A stretch of DNA of 64,000 bases from Candidatus Omnitrophota bacterium (GTDB taxonomy: Bacteria; Omnitrophota; Gorgyraeia; Zapsychrales; JBAZNR01). A program made the position numbers and the translations under genes. Where the stretch lies: assembly GCA_041649175.1 (NCBI GenBank), contig JBAZNR010000001.1:975497-1039496 (forward strand), given 5' to 3'. The stretch's first letter is position 1. Each line of letters opens with the position of its first letter. Positions 47,435 through 57,164 of this stretch are shown piece by piece. Below the pieces are notes generated by a model that searched no databases, was not told the DNA's origin, and saw only the letters and a program-made list of their open reading frames with translations.

Positions 47435-48178
47435 ATGAAAGTTATAGGCGTTATTCCGGCGCGTTACGGTTCGACGAGATTGGAAGCTAAGGTGTTGATC
47501 AAGATGGCCGGCAAGCCTATGATCTGGCATGTCTGGAATAGAGCCAAACAAAGCAAGCTTCTTAATGATGTTATTATCGCCTGTGACGACGAACGCGTTC
47601 GAAAAGCCGCCGTCGAATTTGGCGCCAACGCCGTCTTAACATCTAAAGACCACACCTCCGGCTCTGACCGCATCGCCGAAGTCGTGAATCCTTTGGATGT
47701 TGACATTGTGGTGAACATCCAAGGCGATGAGCCCTTGATCCATCCGAGCATGATCGATGATCTGGTGCGACTTTTGCTAGATGATAAAGAGTGTGTTATG
47801 GGAACCGTGATCAAGCCTCTGACGGATGAAGCCCAATTAGCCGACCCTAACATTGTCAAAGCCATTATTGATAAGAATAAATACGCTATTTATTTTTCGC
47901 GCTCAACCATTCCGTATAATCGAAATAAAATTCCCATCGGAGAAATTGGGTATTATAAACATTTAGGAATTTACGGTTATCGTAAAGAATTTTTATTTAC
48001 CTTTAAGAATTTGCCAAAATCCCGTTTAGAAAAGGCCGAACAGCTTGAACAGTTGCGCGCCTTAGAAGCCGGCTACAAGATCAAAACCGTGGAAACAAAA
48101 TTTGATACGATCAGCGTTGATGTTCAGGAAGACGTTGTCCGCGTCGAGGAATTCCTTAAAAGTCAGAGGCTGTCATGA
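47435..48178 (+). CDS. kdsB: 3-deoxy-manno-octulosonate cytidylyltransferase (CMP-Kdo synthetase)
   Basis: MKVIGVIPARYGSTRL...NIQGDEPLI. Confidence 0.9.
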   Translation: MKVIGVIPARYGSTRLEAKVLIKMAGKPMIWHVWNRAKQSKLLNDVIIACDDERVRKAAVEFGANAVLTSKDHTSGSDRIAEVVNPLDVDIVVNIQGDEPLIHPSMIDDLVRLLLDDKECVMGTVIKPLTDEAQLADPNIVKAIIDKNKYAIYFSRSTIPYNRNKIPIGEIGYYKHLGIYGYRKEFLFTFKNLPKSRLEKAEQLEQLRALEAGYKIKTVETKFDTISVDVQEDVVRVEEFLKSQRLS

Positions 48179-48999
48179 ATAAAACGATAAAAATCGGCGG
48201 TGTTACGATCAGTAATGACTTGCCGTTTGTTTTGATCGCCGGGCCTTGCGTTATTGAAAGCAAAGAATTAGTTTTTAAGACCGCGACCGCGATCAAAAAA
48301 ATTACAGCGGCGCTTAATATCCCGCTTATTTTTAAAGCTAGCTATGATAAAGCCAATAGAACGTCTATCGCGTCGTTTCGCGGATTAGGTATGACGGAAG
48401 GTTTGAACGTCTTAGAAGAAGTGAAAGAAAAATTAGGAATTCCTGTTTTGAGTGATGTTCATTCTGTCGATGAGATGGAGCAGGCGGCGGAAGTTCTCGA
48501 TGTGATCCAGATCCCGGCTTTTCTTTGCCGCCAGACGGATCTATTGCTTGCGGCCGCGAAAACCGGAAAAGTCATCAATATCAAAAAAGGACAATTTTTA
48601 GCGCCTTGGGATATGAAAGAAGCGGTCAAAAAAGTTGAACGCCAGGGAAATCGAAAGATCCTTTTAACCGAACGCGGGGTGAGCTTTGGCTACAATAATC
48701 TGGTGAGCGATTTTCGCGCGCTTGCGATCATGAAGCAAACGGGATATCCGGTTGTTTTTGATGCCTCGCACAGCGTTCAGCAGCCCGGCGGATTAGGAAA
48801 AGCTTCGGGAGGGAAAAGCGAATTCATTCCGCTTTTGTCTCGTTGTGCCATTGCGGCCGGTTGCGCGGCTATTTTTATGGAAGTCCATCCTCAGCCGGCG
48901 AAGGCTTTATCGGACGGACCCAACATGTTGCCACTGGAAAACTTAAAAAACCTTTTGATCGATCTCAAAGCCATTGATCGTATTGTTAAAAAAAGATAA
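48175..48999 (+). CDS. kdsA: 2-dehydro-3-deoxyphosphooctonate aldolase (Kdo-8-P synthase)
   Basis: LIAGPCVIES...IPAFLCRQTDLL. Overlaps kdsB by 4 nt. Confidence 0.9.
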   Translation: MNKTIKIGGVTISNDLPFVLIAGPCVIESKELVFKTATAIKKITAALNIPLIFKASYDKANRTSIASFRGLGMTEGLNVLEEVKEKLGIPVLSDVHSVDEMEQAAEVLDVIQIPAFLCRQTDLLLAAAKTGKVINIKKGQFLAPWDMKEAVKKVERQGNRKILLTERGVSFGYNNLVSDFRALAIMKQTGYPVVFDASHSVQQPGGLGKASGGKSEFIPLLSRCAIAAGCAAIFMEVHPQPAKALSDGPNMLPLENLKNLLIDLKAIDRIVKKR

Positions 49000-49008
49000 T
49001 TAAAACAG

Positions 49009-49977
49009 GTGGTTGCAATGTCAATACAAAGAGCCAGACAAGTTATTTATACTGAAGCGAAAGCTATTGTGGGCCTTGCGCGGCGCATTGACAAAAATTT
49101 CTTGAGCGCGGTTGACCTGATCTTCAAATGCCGCGGGCGGGTCATTGTGACCGGTATGGGAAAAACCGGTATCATTGGCCGGAAAATCGCCGCCACGCTT
49201 TCCTCGACGGGAACTCCCAGTATGTGGATGCACAGCGCCGAAGCTTTGCATGGTGATTTGGGGCAGGTGACAAGAAACGATTGCCTCATTCTTATTTCCC
49301 ATAGCGGAGAAACCGAAGAAACAAAAAGGCTTTTACCGGCGATCAAAAAGATCGGGGCAAAATCAATTGCCATTACCGGAAATCCGAAATCAAATTTAGC
49401 GAAATATAGTGATGTTGTCTTAAACGTTGCCGTCCAAAAAGAAGGCTGTCCTTTAGGGCTTGCGCCGATGGCATCCACCACGGCCACACTTGTCATGGGA
49501 GATTGTTTGGCGGCTTGCCTTATTGACCGCAAAGGATTTAAAAAGGAAGATTTTGCTTTCTATCATCCTGGCGGAAGTTTAGGTCAAAGGCTTTTGCTGA
49601 AAGTTGAAGACATTATGCGCGCAAAAAATAATTATCCAAAAGTACGGGAAAATACGATTGTGAATGATGTCTTGTTGGCGATTACGCGCGCCCGTTGCGG
49701 ATCGGCATGCGTGGTTGATCAAAAAGGTGTTTTAGTGGGGCTTTTTACTGATGGAGATTTGCGGCGGCATTTAAAGACCGACCCTTTATTGTCTTTACGC
49801 AAGGTTAAAGATGTGATGACGAAAAATCCGATCACTATTCAAAAAGAAAAGCTTGCCACTGAGGCTTTTCGAATTCTGCAAGATAAAAGGATCGACGAAC
49901 TTCCCGTTGTTGACCGCGCCAGAAGATCTGTTGGGCTTCTGGATGTTCAAGATCTGCTAAAAGCCGGATTGGTTTAA
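49009..49977 (+). CDS. kdsD: Arabinose-5-phosphate isomerase (SIS plus tandem CBS domains)
   Basis: RVIVTGMGKTGIIGRKIAATLSSTGTPS SIS motif and a C-terminal CBS pair. Start is the GTG at 49009 or the ATG at 49018. Confidence 0.85.
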   Translation: MVAMSIQRARQVIYTEAKAIVGLARRIDKNFLSAVDLIFKCRGRVIVTGMGKTGIIGRKIAATLSSTGTPSMWMHSAEALHGDLGQVTRNDCLILISHSGETEETKRLLPAIKKIGAKSIAITGNPKSNLAKYSDVVLNVAVQKEGCPLGLAPMASTTATLVMGDCLAACLIDRKGFKKEDFAFYHPGGSLGQRLLLKVEDIMRAKNNYPKVRENTIVNDVLLAITRARCGSACVVDQKGVLVGLFTDGDLRRHLKTDPLLSLRKVKDVMTKNPITIQKEKLATEAFRILQDKRIDELPVVDRARRSVGLLDVQDLLKAGLV

Positions 49978-49981
49978 TTTC

Positions 49982-50497
49982 ATGGACAAACGTATTAAAA
50001 AGATCAAAGTTCTAGCTTTGGACGTGGACGGTATTCTAACCGATGGGCGTATCATTTTCGATAGCCGGGGCACAGAAACAAAATTCTTTGATGTTCAAGA
50101 CGGGTTTGGTTTAGTTTTATTCAAAAGGCTAGGGTATAAAACAGCCATTATCACGGCGCGCGCGTCAAAGGTTGTTGCACTTCGCGCTAAAGATTTGAAT
50201 ATTGATAAAGTTTATCAGGATGCGTATCCGAAAATGGATGCGTATAAAAAAATGTTGCGTCACTTTGGCGTAAAAGATAATCAAGTTTGTTTTGTCGGGG
50301 ACGACCTGCCGGATCTGCCGGTTTTAAAAAAAGTTGGTTTTGCGGTCACTGTTCCTAACGGCGTTGCGGAAGTAAAAAAGGCAGCGCATTATGTTACGAA
50401 AAAATCCGGCGGCAAAGGAGCTGTTCGGGAAGTGATCGAGTTGATCCTGAAAACTCAAGGCCGATGGCCGGATGTTTTAAAGCGGTATCAATCATGA
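49982..50497 (+). CDS. kdsC: Kdo-8-phosphate phosphatase (HAD-IIIA)
   Basis: LALDVDGILTDGRI...VCFVGDDLPDLPV. Confidence 0.85.
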   Translation: MDKRIKKIKVLALDVDGILTDGRIIFDSRGTETKFFDVQDGFGLVLFKRLGYKTAIITARASKVVALRAKDLNIDKVYQDAYPKMDAYKKMLRHFGVKDNQVCFVGDDLPDLPVLKKVGFAVTVPNGVAEVKKAAHYVTKKSGGKGAVREVIELILKTQGRWPDVLKRYQS

Positions 50498-51366
50498 CGA
50501 AAAAAATCCTTGTCACGTTTTTCATTTTTCTTCTAAGCGGCATGATCATTCATGCGGAAGAAACTCCTCAGCAATTTGAAGGATTTGATCTGGTCGGCTA
50601 TTCCGAAGGCAACAAAAAGGCCTGGGATATTAAAGGCGATACGGCGGATATGATCGGCAGCATGATCAAGTTGACGAATATCGTTGCCAATGCTTATGGG
50701 GATGAGCAGATGCATTTAACAGCTCAAAGGGGAAATTTGGATAGGGTGAGCGGCCAAATGCATTTGGAAGATGATGTCGTGATCACCACCGAAGGCGGCG
50801 CTAAGATGACAACGGATTCTTTGGACTGGCACCGGGATAAAGATTTGGTGAAGACGAAAGATGACGTTGTTTTAACGCAGGAAGGAATGACGGCGACGGG
50901 CACGGGCGTTGAAGGGCATCCTGGTTTGAAGACAGCTCAGATGGAAAAGGATGTTACGGTAACAGTTAACACCGAGCCCAAAGGCGCCGGACGGACGATC
51001 ACCATCACCTGTGATGGGCCGTTGGAAATTGAATACGAAAGCCAGAAGGCTGTCTTTAATAATAATGTCGTTGCCATTGATGCGGGCCGCAAATTAATGG
51101 CGGACAAAATCGAATTATTCTTTGATAATGTTTCAAGACAGATCAAAGAAATGATTTGTACCGGGAATGTTTCCATTATTCAGGGAGAAAATACGACGTA
51201 TTCCGAGAAAGCTATTTATAACGCGCAGCAGCAAAAGCTGACCTTAGTGGGCCAGCCGAAACTTATTTTATTTACTGAAGGAGAAGGTTTCGGCGATATG
51301 CTGGGCGGCGAGGGAACAAAGGATATTCTTCCCGGACAGGAATCTGATGTATCTTCTGGAAACTAA
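50494..51366 (+). CDS. lptC: LptC/LptA-family (OstA-like beta-jellyroll) LPS transport protein with an N-terminal membrane anchor
   Basis: ATGA overlap with kdsC. N-terminal TM helix ILVTFFIFLLSGMII. C-terminal half (VFNNNVVAIDAGRKLMADKIELFF...CTGNVSIIQGEN...LTLVGQPKLI) resembles LptA/OstA_N repeats. Sits immediately upstream of lptB. Confidence 0.6.
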   Translation: MTKKILVTFFIFLLSGMIIHAEETPQQFEGFDLVGYSEGNKKAWDIKGDTADMIGSMIKLTNIVANAYGDEQMHLTAQRGNLDRVSGQMHLEDDVVITTEGGAKMTTDSLDWHRDKDLVKTKDDVVLTQEGMTATGTGVEGHPGLKTAQMEKDVTVTVNTEPKGAGRTITITCDGPLEIEYESQKAVFNNNVVAIDAGRKLMADKIELFFDNVSRQIKEMICTGNVSIIQGENTTYSEKAIYNAQQQKLTLVGQPKLILFTEGEGFGDMLGGEGTKDILPGQESDVSSGN

Positions 51367-52069
51367 AAATTTAGTTAAAACATACGGCGGACGCCGGGTT
51401 GTTGACGGGCTTAGCATTACGGTACGCCGCTCTGAGATCGTCGGGCTTTTAGGGCCCAATGGCGCCGGAAAGACAACAACCTTTTATATGGCTGTCGGGA
51501 TCATTACGCCCGATGAAGGGCAGATCATTTTTGACCAGGCGGATATTACCAAAAAAGCAATTCACGAACGATGTCATTTAGGGATAGGTTATTTGGCGCA
51601 GGAACCATCTGTCTTTCGCAAGCTAACGGTTAAAGAAAATATCATGGCCATTTTAGAAACGCTCAACATCAGCCCTCGCGAGCGCAAGAAAAGATTAGAA
51701 GCGCTTTTAGAAGAACTGAATATCGCGCATCTTGCCAATAGCAAGGCGTACACGCTTTCCGGCGGAGAAAGACGGCGCTTGGAGATCACGCGTGCTTTAG
51801 TGACCAATCCGTCATTTATCCTGTTGGATGAGCCTTTTTCCGGCATTGATCCGATCGTGGTGGCGGAAGCGCAAGAGATCATCCGGGAATTAAAGAACAA
51901 GGGGCTGGGGATTCTTTTGACGGACCATAATGTGCGGGAAACACTTTCCATCACGGATCGTGCATATTTGATCGCCGATGGAAAAGTTTTAATTTCAGGG
52001 ACAGCGGAACAATTGATCAATGATCCGGGTGCCAGAAAGATCTATTTAGGCGAAAAATTTACGATGTAA
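51347..52069 (+). CDS. lptB: LPS export ABC transporter ATP-binding protein
   Basis: LLGPNGAGKTTTFYM Walker A, LSGGERRRLEITRAL signature. 240 aa. Confidence 0.9.
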   Translation: MYLLETKNLVKTYGGRRVVDGLSITVRRSEIVGLLGPNGAGKTTTFYMAVGIITPDEGQIIFDQADITKKAIHERCHLGIGYLAQEPSVFRKLTVKENIMAILETLNISPRERKKRLEALLEELNIAHLANSKAYTLSGGERRRLEITRALVTNPSFILLDEPFSGIDPIVVAEAQEIIRELKNKGLGILLTDHNVRETLSITDRAYLIADGKVLISGTAEQLINDPGARKIYLGEKFTM

Positions 52070-52128
52070 ATTTTTCGCCCGGAAGTTATTTTATTCAACA
52101 ACATCAAACAGAAGGGTAGATATTTAAA

Positions 52129-53022
52129 ATGAAAGTCGAAGTAAAGAAGATTGACGCGACCAGACGCGAATTAAAGTTCCAAATTTCTAAAGATCGTGTT
52201 TCAAAAAAACTCGAAGAAATTTATGTGGATATCGGCAAAGAAGCCAAGATCAAAGGCTTTCGCCCGGGAAAAGCTCCTCGTCATTTGATCGAATCTAATT
52301 ATAGCAAGCTGGCCCAAGAAGAAACTTTAAAAAAGATCATCCCCGAGGTTTATCGTGAAGCGGTTGAAAACGAAAAGCTTGCCCCTATTGATCTTCCGGA
52401 GATCGAAGATGTTTCTTTTAAAGACGGGACCGTTTCTTTTACGGCAAAATTAGATATTAAGCCTGATGTAAAGATCAAAGATTATAAGGGTATTCCTATT
52501 CAAAAGAAAAGTTCCGCCGTGACCGAAGAAGAGATCGCTAAAACTTTTGAATTCTTTAAAAAAGGGCAAGGCAAAGAAAAAGAGCTAACCATTGATGATG
52601 AGTTTGCGCGGGGCTTAGGCTACGTTGGCCTTGACGATTTTAAAAATTCTTTAAAACGCCAAATGGAAGTTGATAAAGACCGGCAAAACCGTTTGGATGT
52701 AGAAAATCAAGTCGTTGAATATTTGCTAAAAAACGCGCAGCTTTCTGTTCCCCAAACTGCCGTCAAAAAACAAGTTGATTACCGCCTTTCGGAAAACCGG
52801 CGCCATTTTGAACAGCATGGCCAGAAAAAAGAAGACATCGACAAAAAGCTTGACGAGATGCGTAAGGATCTAGAAGCGGTATCTGAAAAAGATGTTAAGG
52901 TATACTTCATCCTTGATAAGATCGCCGAACTGGAGAATATTTCAGTTACGGAAAATGAAAATGCTTTTCATAAAGTCATGGGATTTTTACTTAAAGAAGC
53001 CAAGTGGGAAGGAGAAAAATAA
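52129..53022 (+). CDS. tig: Trigger factor, short form (297 aa) apparently lacking the central FKBP-type PPIase domain
   Basis: Ribosome-binding signature GFRPGKAP in the N-domain. The N-domain is followed directly by C-domain-like sequence ([25 protein letters not shown]...). Gene order tig-clpP. Confidence 0.8.
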   Translation: MKVEVKKIDATRRELKFQISKDRVSKKLEEIYVDIGKEAKIKGFRPGKAPRHLIESNYSKLAQEETLKKIIPEVYREAVENEKLAPIDLPEIEDVSFKDGTVSFTAKLDIKPDVKIKDYKGIPIQKKSSAVTEEEIAKTFEFFKKGQGKEKELTIDDEFARGLGYVGLDDFKNSLKRQMEVDKDRQNRLDVENQVVEYLLKNAQLSVPQTAVKKQVDYRLSENRRHFEQHGQKKEDIDKKLDEMRKDLEAVSEKDVKVYFILDKIAELENISVTENENAFHKVMGFLLKEAKWEGEK

Positions 53023-53627
53023 TGGATGAAAAAATGCAAATGTTAGTTCCTATTGTGGTGGAAAAAAGCGGGCACGGCGAACGCGCGTATGATATTTATT
53101 CTCGATTGCTCAAAGACAGAATTGTTTTTATCGGAACGGCCATTGACGATGTTGTCGCTAATTTGATCATTGCTCAACTGCTTTTCTTGCAGTCGGAAGA
53201 CGCAACAAAAGATATCAATGTTTACATTAATTCTCCGGGCGGATCGGTGACGGCAGGCTTGGCTATCTATGATACGATGCAATTTGTAAAACCCGATGTT
53301 TGTACGTATTGTATGGGGCAAGCCGCCAGTATGGGCGCGGTTTTGCTAACAGCCGGAACAAAAGGAAAGCGCTATGCTTTACCGTATTCGCGTATGATGA
53401 TCCATCAGCCCTGGGGCGGCGTTCAGGGTGCGGCGAGTGATATTTCTATTCAAGCCCAAGAGATCATGCGGCTTAAAGAGGATCTTAATTCGATCTTAGC
53501 AAAACATACCGGACAGTCTTTGGACAAGGTCAAGAAAGATTCCGACCGAGATTATTTTATGTCGTCGCAGGAAGCCAAAGCGTATGGTCTTATCGACGAA
53601 GTGATCATCAATCCAAAGAAAGCATAA
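53022..53627 (+). CDS. clpP: ATP-dependent Clp protease proteolytic subunit
   Basis: Catalytic region [11 protein letters not shown]...HQP. The ATG at 53022 overlaps the tig stop (TAATG), with a GGAAGGAG RBS. ORF track start is 53004. Confidence 0.9.
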   Translation: MDEKMQMLVPIVVEKSGHGERAYDIYSRLLKDRIVFIGTAIDDVVANLIIAQLLFLQSEDATKDINVYINSPGGSVTAGLAIYDTMQFVKPDVCTYCMGQAASMGAVLLTAGTKGKRYALPYSRMMIHQPWGGVQGAASDISIQAQEIMRLKEDLNSILAKHTGQSLDKVKKDSDRDYFMSSQEAKAYGLIDEVIINPKKA

Positions 53628-53665
53628 ACTCAAAATAATTGATTGAAAGAAAGGAATTTTTAGAA

Positions 53666-54805
53666 ATGAAACGCAATCTTCTCTTGACCCCGGGCCCCAC
53701 ACAACTTCCTCCTCAGGTTTGCGAAGCATTAGGAAAACCGATCATTCATCATCGCACGCCGCAGTTCCAAAGTATCCTAAAGGAGGCAACGGAAGGGCTT
53801 AAATATATTTTTCAAACCCAAAATGATGTTTTTATTTTAACATCGTCGGGAACAGGGGCTATGGAAGCGGCGGTTTGTAATTTACTTTCGATCGGCGATA
53901 AAGCCATTACCGTAGAAGCCGGAAAATTCGGCGAACGCTGGACCGAGCTTTGCAAGGTTTATGGCGTTGACGCAAAAGTCATGAAAGTCGAGTGGGGTAA
54001 GGCTGTTTCGGCTAAGGAAATTGAAAAGGTTTTATCTGAAAATAAAGACATTAAAGCGGTTTTTGTCACGTTATGCGAAACATCAACCGCCGCCGCGACC
54101 GATATCAAAGCGCTTGGGGAAGTTGTGAAGAAAACCGGCGCGGTTTTAGTGGTTGATGCTATCAGCGGACTTGGCGTTACCGATTTGCAGACAGATAATT
54201 GGTCAGTGGATGTTGTGGTGACCGGTTCGCAAAAAGGATTGATGCTTCCGCCGGGCTTGGCGTTTATCAGCGTGAGCAAAAAGGCTTGGGAGTTGATCGA
54301 AAAATCTAAGACACCAAAGTATTATTTCAGTTTAAAGAAAGCTAAAAAAGCCTGGGATCAAACCGATACGCCGTTTACGCCGGCCATTGGCATCATCATC
54401 GCTTTAAATGAAAGTTTAAAGTTGATGCGCGGTGTTGGCATCGAAAAGTTATTCGTTTATTATGCGAAAATGGCAAAAGCCGCCCGCGAAGCCGCTAAGG
54501 CATTGGGCTTAACGATTTTTCCGGATGAATCTTGTGTGTCCAGTGTTGTGACCGCTGTTAATATTCCGTCCGGTATCGATGGGAAAAAGCTGGTCAAGCA
54601 AATGCGCGATACCCATGGCATTACGGTTGCCGGAGGCCAAGCGGAGTTGGAGGGAAAGATTTTTCGCATCTCCCATATGGGCTGCGTGGACGAATATGAT
54701 GTCTTAAGCGGGATCTCGTGCTTGGAGAAAGTCTTAAAAGAAATGGGCTATAAATTTGAATTAGGAGCCGGCGTTGCGGCGGCACAAAAGGTATTAAATT
54801 CTTAA
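53666..54805 (+). CDS. serC: Class V aminotransferase (phosphoserine aminotransferase / AGXT-like)
   Basis: LLTPGPT N-terminus and a PLP-lysine region TGSQKGLMLPPG. Sits directly upstream of serA. Likely start 53666 (ORF track 53639). Confidence 0.7.
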   Translation: MKRNLLLTPGPTQLPPQVCEALGKPIIHHRTPQFQSILKEATEGLKYIFQTQNDVFILTSSGTGAMEAAVCNLLSIGDKAITVEAGKFGERWTELCKVYGVDAKVMKVEWGKAVSAKEIEKVLSENKDIKAVFVTLCETSTAAATDIKALGEVVKKTGAVLVVDAISGLGVTDLQTDNWSVDVVVTGSQKGLMLPPGLAFISVSKKAWELIEKSKTPKYYFSLKKAKKAWDQTDTPFTPAIGIIIALNESLKLMRGVGIEKLFVYYAKMAKAAREAAKALGLTIFPDESCVSSVVTAVNIPSGIDGKKLVKQMRDTHGITVAGGQAELEGKIFRISHMGCVDEYDVLSGISCLEKVLKEMGYKFELGAGVAAAQKVLNS

Positions 54806-54836
54806 AAAGAAAATTAAAAAACTTTAGGAGCATGAA

Positions 54837-56420
54837 ATGAAAATCCTTATTAGCGATAAGCTAGCCGATGAAGGCGTTAATATTCTAAAAGATGTCAAAG
54901 AATTCCAGGTTGACTGCAAATACGGGATCAAGCCCGACGAGCTTAAAGCGATCATCAAAGATTATGACGCGCTGATCATCCGAAGCGGAACGACTGTAAC
55001 GGCGGATATCATCAGCGCGGCCGATAAATTGAAATTTATCGGCCGCGCCGGTGTCGGCGTGGACAATATCGATTTGGTGGCCGCCACCAAAAAAGGCATT
55101 GTGGCGATGAATACGCCCGGCGGAAATACGACATCAACCGCCGAGCATGCGATGAGCTTGATCTTATCATTATCCCGCAATATCCCTCAAGCATATGCGT
55201 CGATGAAAAGCGGGAAATGGGAACGCAATAAGTTCAACGGTGTTGAGCTTTACGGAAAAACATTAGGGATCGTCGGTTTGGGGCGCATCGGCTCAACAGT
55301 TTCACGTATGGCCAAAGGATTCGGGATGAAGATCATTGCGTATGATCCTTTTATCTCCATGGAAGTTGCCAAAAAAATGGAGATCGAAGTTGTGGAATTA
55401 AACGATTTGATCAAGCGAGCCGATTATATTACGATCCATACACCCAAAAGCACGGAAACAAAACATCTTATTTCCGATGCGCAATTTGCCATGATGAAAA
55501 AAGGCGTGCGCATTATCAATTGTGCCCGCGGCGGTATTGTGGACGAAGCGGCTTTGGCGCGCGCGTTAGAAGCGGGCAAGATCGCCGGCTGTGCTTTGGA
55601 CGTTTATGAAAAAGAACCGCCCGACCCCAATTTGCCGTTATTTAAATTTGACAATTGTGTTGTGACGCCGCATTTAGGCGCATCAACATCCGAAGCTCAG
55701 GTCAATGTGGCCGTAGAGATCGCCGAAACCGTTCGGGATGCTTTATTAGGCAAGGGAATTGTCAATGCCGCGAATTTTCCGTCAGTTGACGCGCAATCCT
55801 ATAAAGTTTTAGAGCCGTATATTAATCTGGCACAGCGTATGGGAAAGTTTGCCGGCCAGCTTATTAACGGGCGCATCAATGAAGTCAAAGTTACTTATGC
55901 CGGAGAAATGACAAAATATAAAAATGCTCCGGTCACGATGTCTTTGGTTTATGGGCTTTTGTGGCCGATCTTAGAGGAGACGGTTAATTTTGTGAACGCC
56001 ATTGATGTGGCTCGCGAACGTGCTATTAAAGTCGAAGAAACTCAATCTCACAGCGAAGAAGAATTCGTTAATCTGATCAAAATGGAAGTGGTGACCGATA
56101 AAGAAACATTCAGCCTTTGGGGAACTTTATCTGGCAATATGCAACCGCGCATTGTTAAGGTGAATAATATTTACGTTGAGGCGACTCCCAACGGGTATAT
56201 GCTTTTTATTAATAATAGTGACCGTCCCGGCATCGTCGGTGCCGTTGGAACGATCCTGGCCCAAGACAGCATTAATATTGCCAGCATTACTTTTGGCCGG
56301 GAAAAACAAGGCGGGTTGGTCATTAGCGTTGTCAATGTGGACAGCGAAGTTTCCGAAAAAGTTTTAGATAAGCTGCGCAAAACAAAAGATATTTTGTTTG
56401 TTAAGCTGATCAAAGTTTAA
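54837..56420 (+). CDS. serA: D-3-phosphoglycerate dehydrogenase with C-terminal ASB and ACT domains
   Basis: GLGRIGSTVSRMAKGFGMKIIAYDP Rossmann, catalytic His region TPHLGASTSEAQ and a C-terminal ACT domain (GIVGAVGTILAQDSINIAS). Confidence 0.9.
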   Translation: MKILISDKLADEGVNILKDVKEFQVDCKYGIKPDELKAIIKDYDALIIRSGTTVTADIISAADKLKFIGRAGVGVDNIDLVAATKKGIVAMNTPGGNTTSTAEHAMSLILSLSRNIPQAYASMKSGKWERNKFNGVELYGKTLGIVGLGRIGSTVSRMAKGFGMKIIAYDPFISMEVAKKMEIEVVELNDLIKRADYITIHTPKSTETKHLISDAQFAMMKKGVRIINCARGGIVDEAALARALEAGKIAGCALDVYEKEPPDPNLPLFKFDNCVVTPHLGASTSEAQVNVAVEIAETVRDALLGKGIVNAANFPSVDAQSYKVLEPYINLAQRMGKFAGQLINGRINEVKVTYAGEMTKYKNAPVTMSLVYGLLWPILEETVNFVNAIDVARERAIKVEETQSHSEEEFVNLIKMEVVTDKETFSLWGTLSGNMQPRIVKVNNIYVEATPNGYMLFINNSDRPGIVGAVGTILAQDSINIASITFGREKQGGLVISVVNVDSEVSEKVLDKLRKTKDILFVKLIKV

Positions 56421-56452
56421 TGCTTTAAAAACAGTTTAAAACGGTTTTTAAA

Positions 56453-57148
56453 ATGAATTTCTCTCCTTTTACTCAAACCGGGCTTATGGACGGGCGCAAT
56501 CCGTGCGCACTGACGCTTTTATTTTTTTGGGTGTCGCTGCTCCTTCTTTTAGGATACAAGCAAAAACAAATTACGTTAGCGGGAATTCTTTTGTTGGCGT
56601 CTCTATGGGCGGGTTGTTTTGCCTCGGGCTTGGGCGCCTTAAAGGAACTTTATAGTTCAGCGGTGCTTTATGCGCTTTCAAAAACATTATATCTTTTGAT
56701 GGGATTTTTAGCGCTTATCTTTGGCGCGATCAATGCCCATGATTGGATAAAAGCAAAAAAGAAAACACCTGAGGCAATGATCATCAAATCGCTTGTTTTG
56801 GGCGAAGGGCAAAAATTATTTTCAAAGAAGATCTTGCCGGCTGTTATTGCCAGCGGTTTTTTTGTATCATTCTTAGGGACAGTTGCCGTCGGACATTTCT
56901 ATTTTCCGGTTATCTTTTATGTTTTAAATGCGCAAAATCAAATGGATAGCGCGTTTGTATATCTATTGGTCTACAGCCTTGCTTATCTTGTTCCGATAAC
57001 GGTTATTTCGGCCTTGATCTTTATCATTCTTAAGCTGGAACGGATGATGGCAGTAGTTATGGCCCAGGCGCTTATCATTAGAAGTATTTTTGCCGCGTTA
57101 TTTTTGGCTTTAGGATTAGGCTTAGTTGTTATTTTTAATTTTGTTTAA
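56453..57148 (+). CDS. Polytopic membrane protein, CcdA/DsbD-like thiol-disulfide transporter candidate
   Basis: ~6 TM helices. GRNPCALTLL resembles the SPCvLP motif of CcdA TM1. Confidence 0.35.
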   Translation: MNFSPFTQTGLMDGRNPCALTLLFFWVSLLLLLGYKQKQITLAGILLLASLWAGCFASGLGALKELYSSAVLYALSKTLYLLMGFLALIFGAINAHDWIKAKKKTPEAMIIKSLVLGEGQKLFSKKILPAVIASGFFVSFLGTVAVGHFYFPVIFYVLNAQNQMDSAFVYLLVYSLAYLVPITVISALIFIILKLERMMAVVMAQALIIRSIFAALFLALGLGLVVIFNFV

Positions 57149-57164
57149 AAGACAAGGAGATCGT

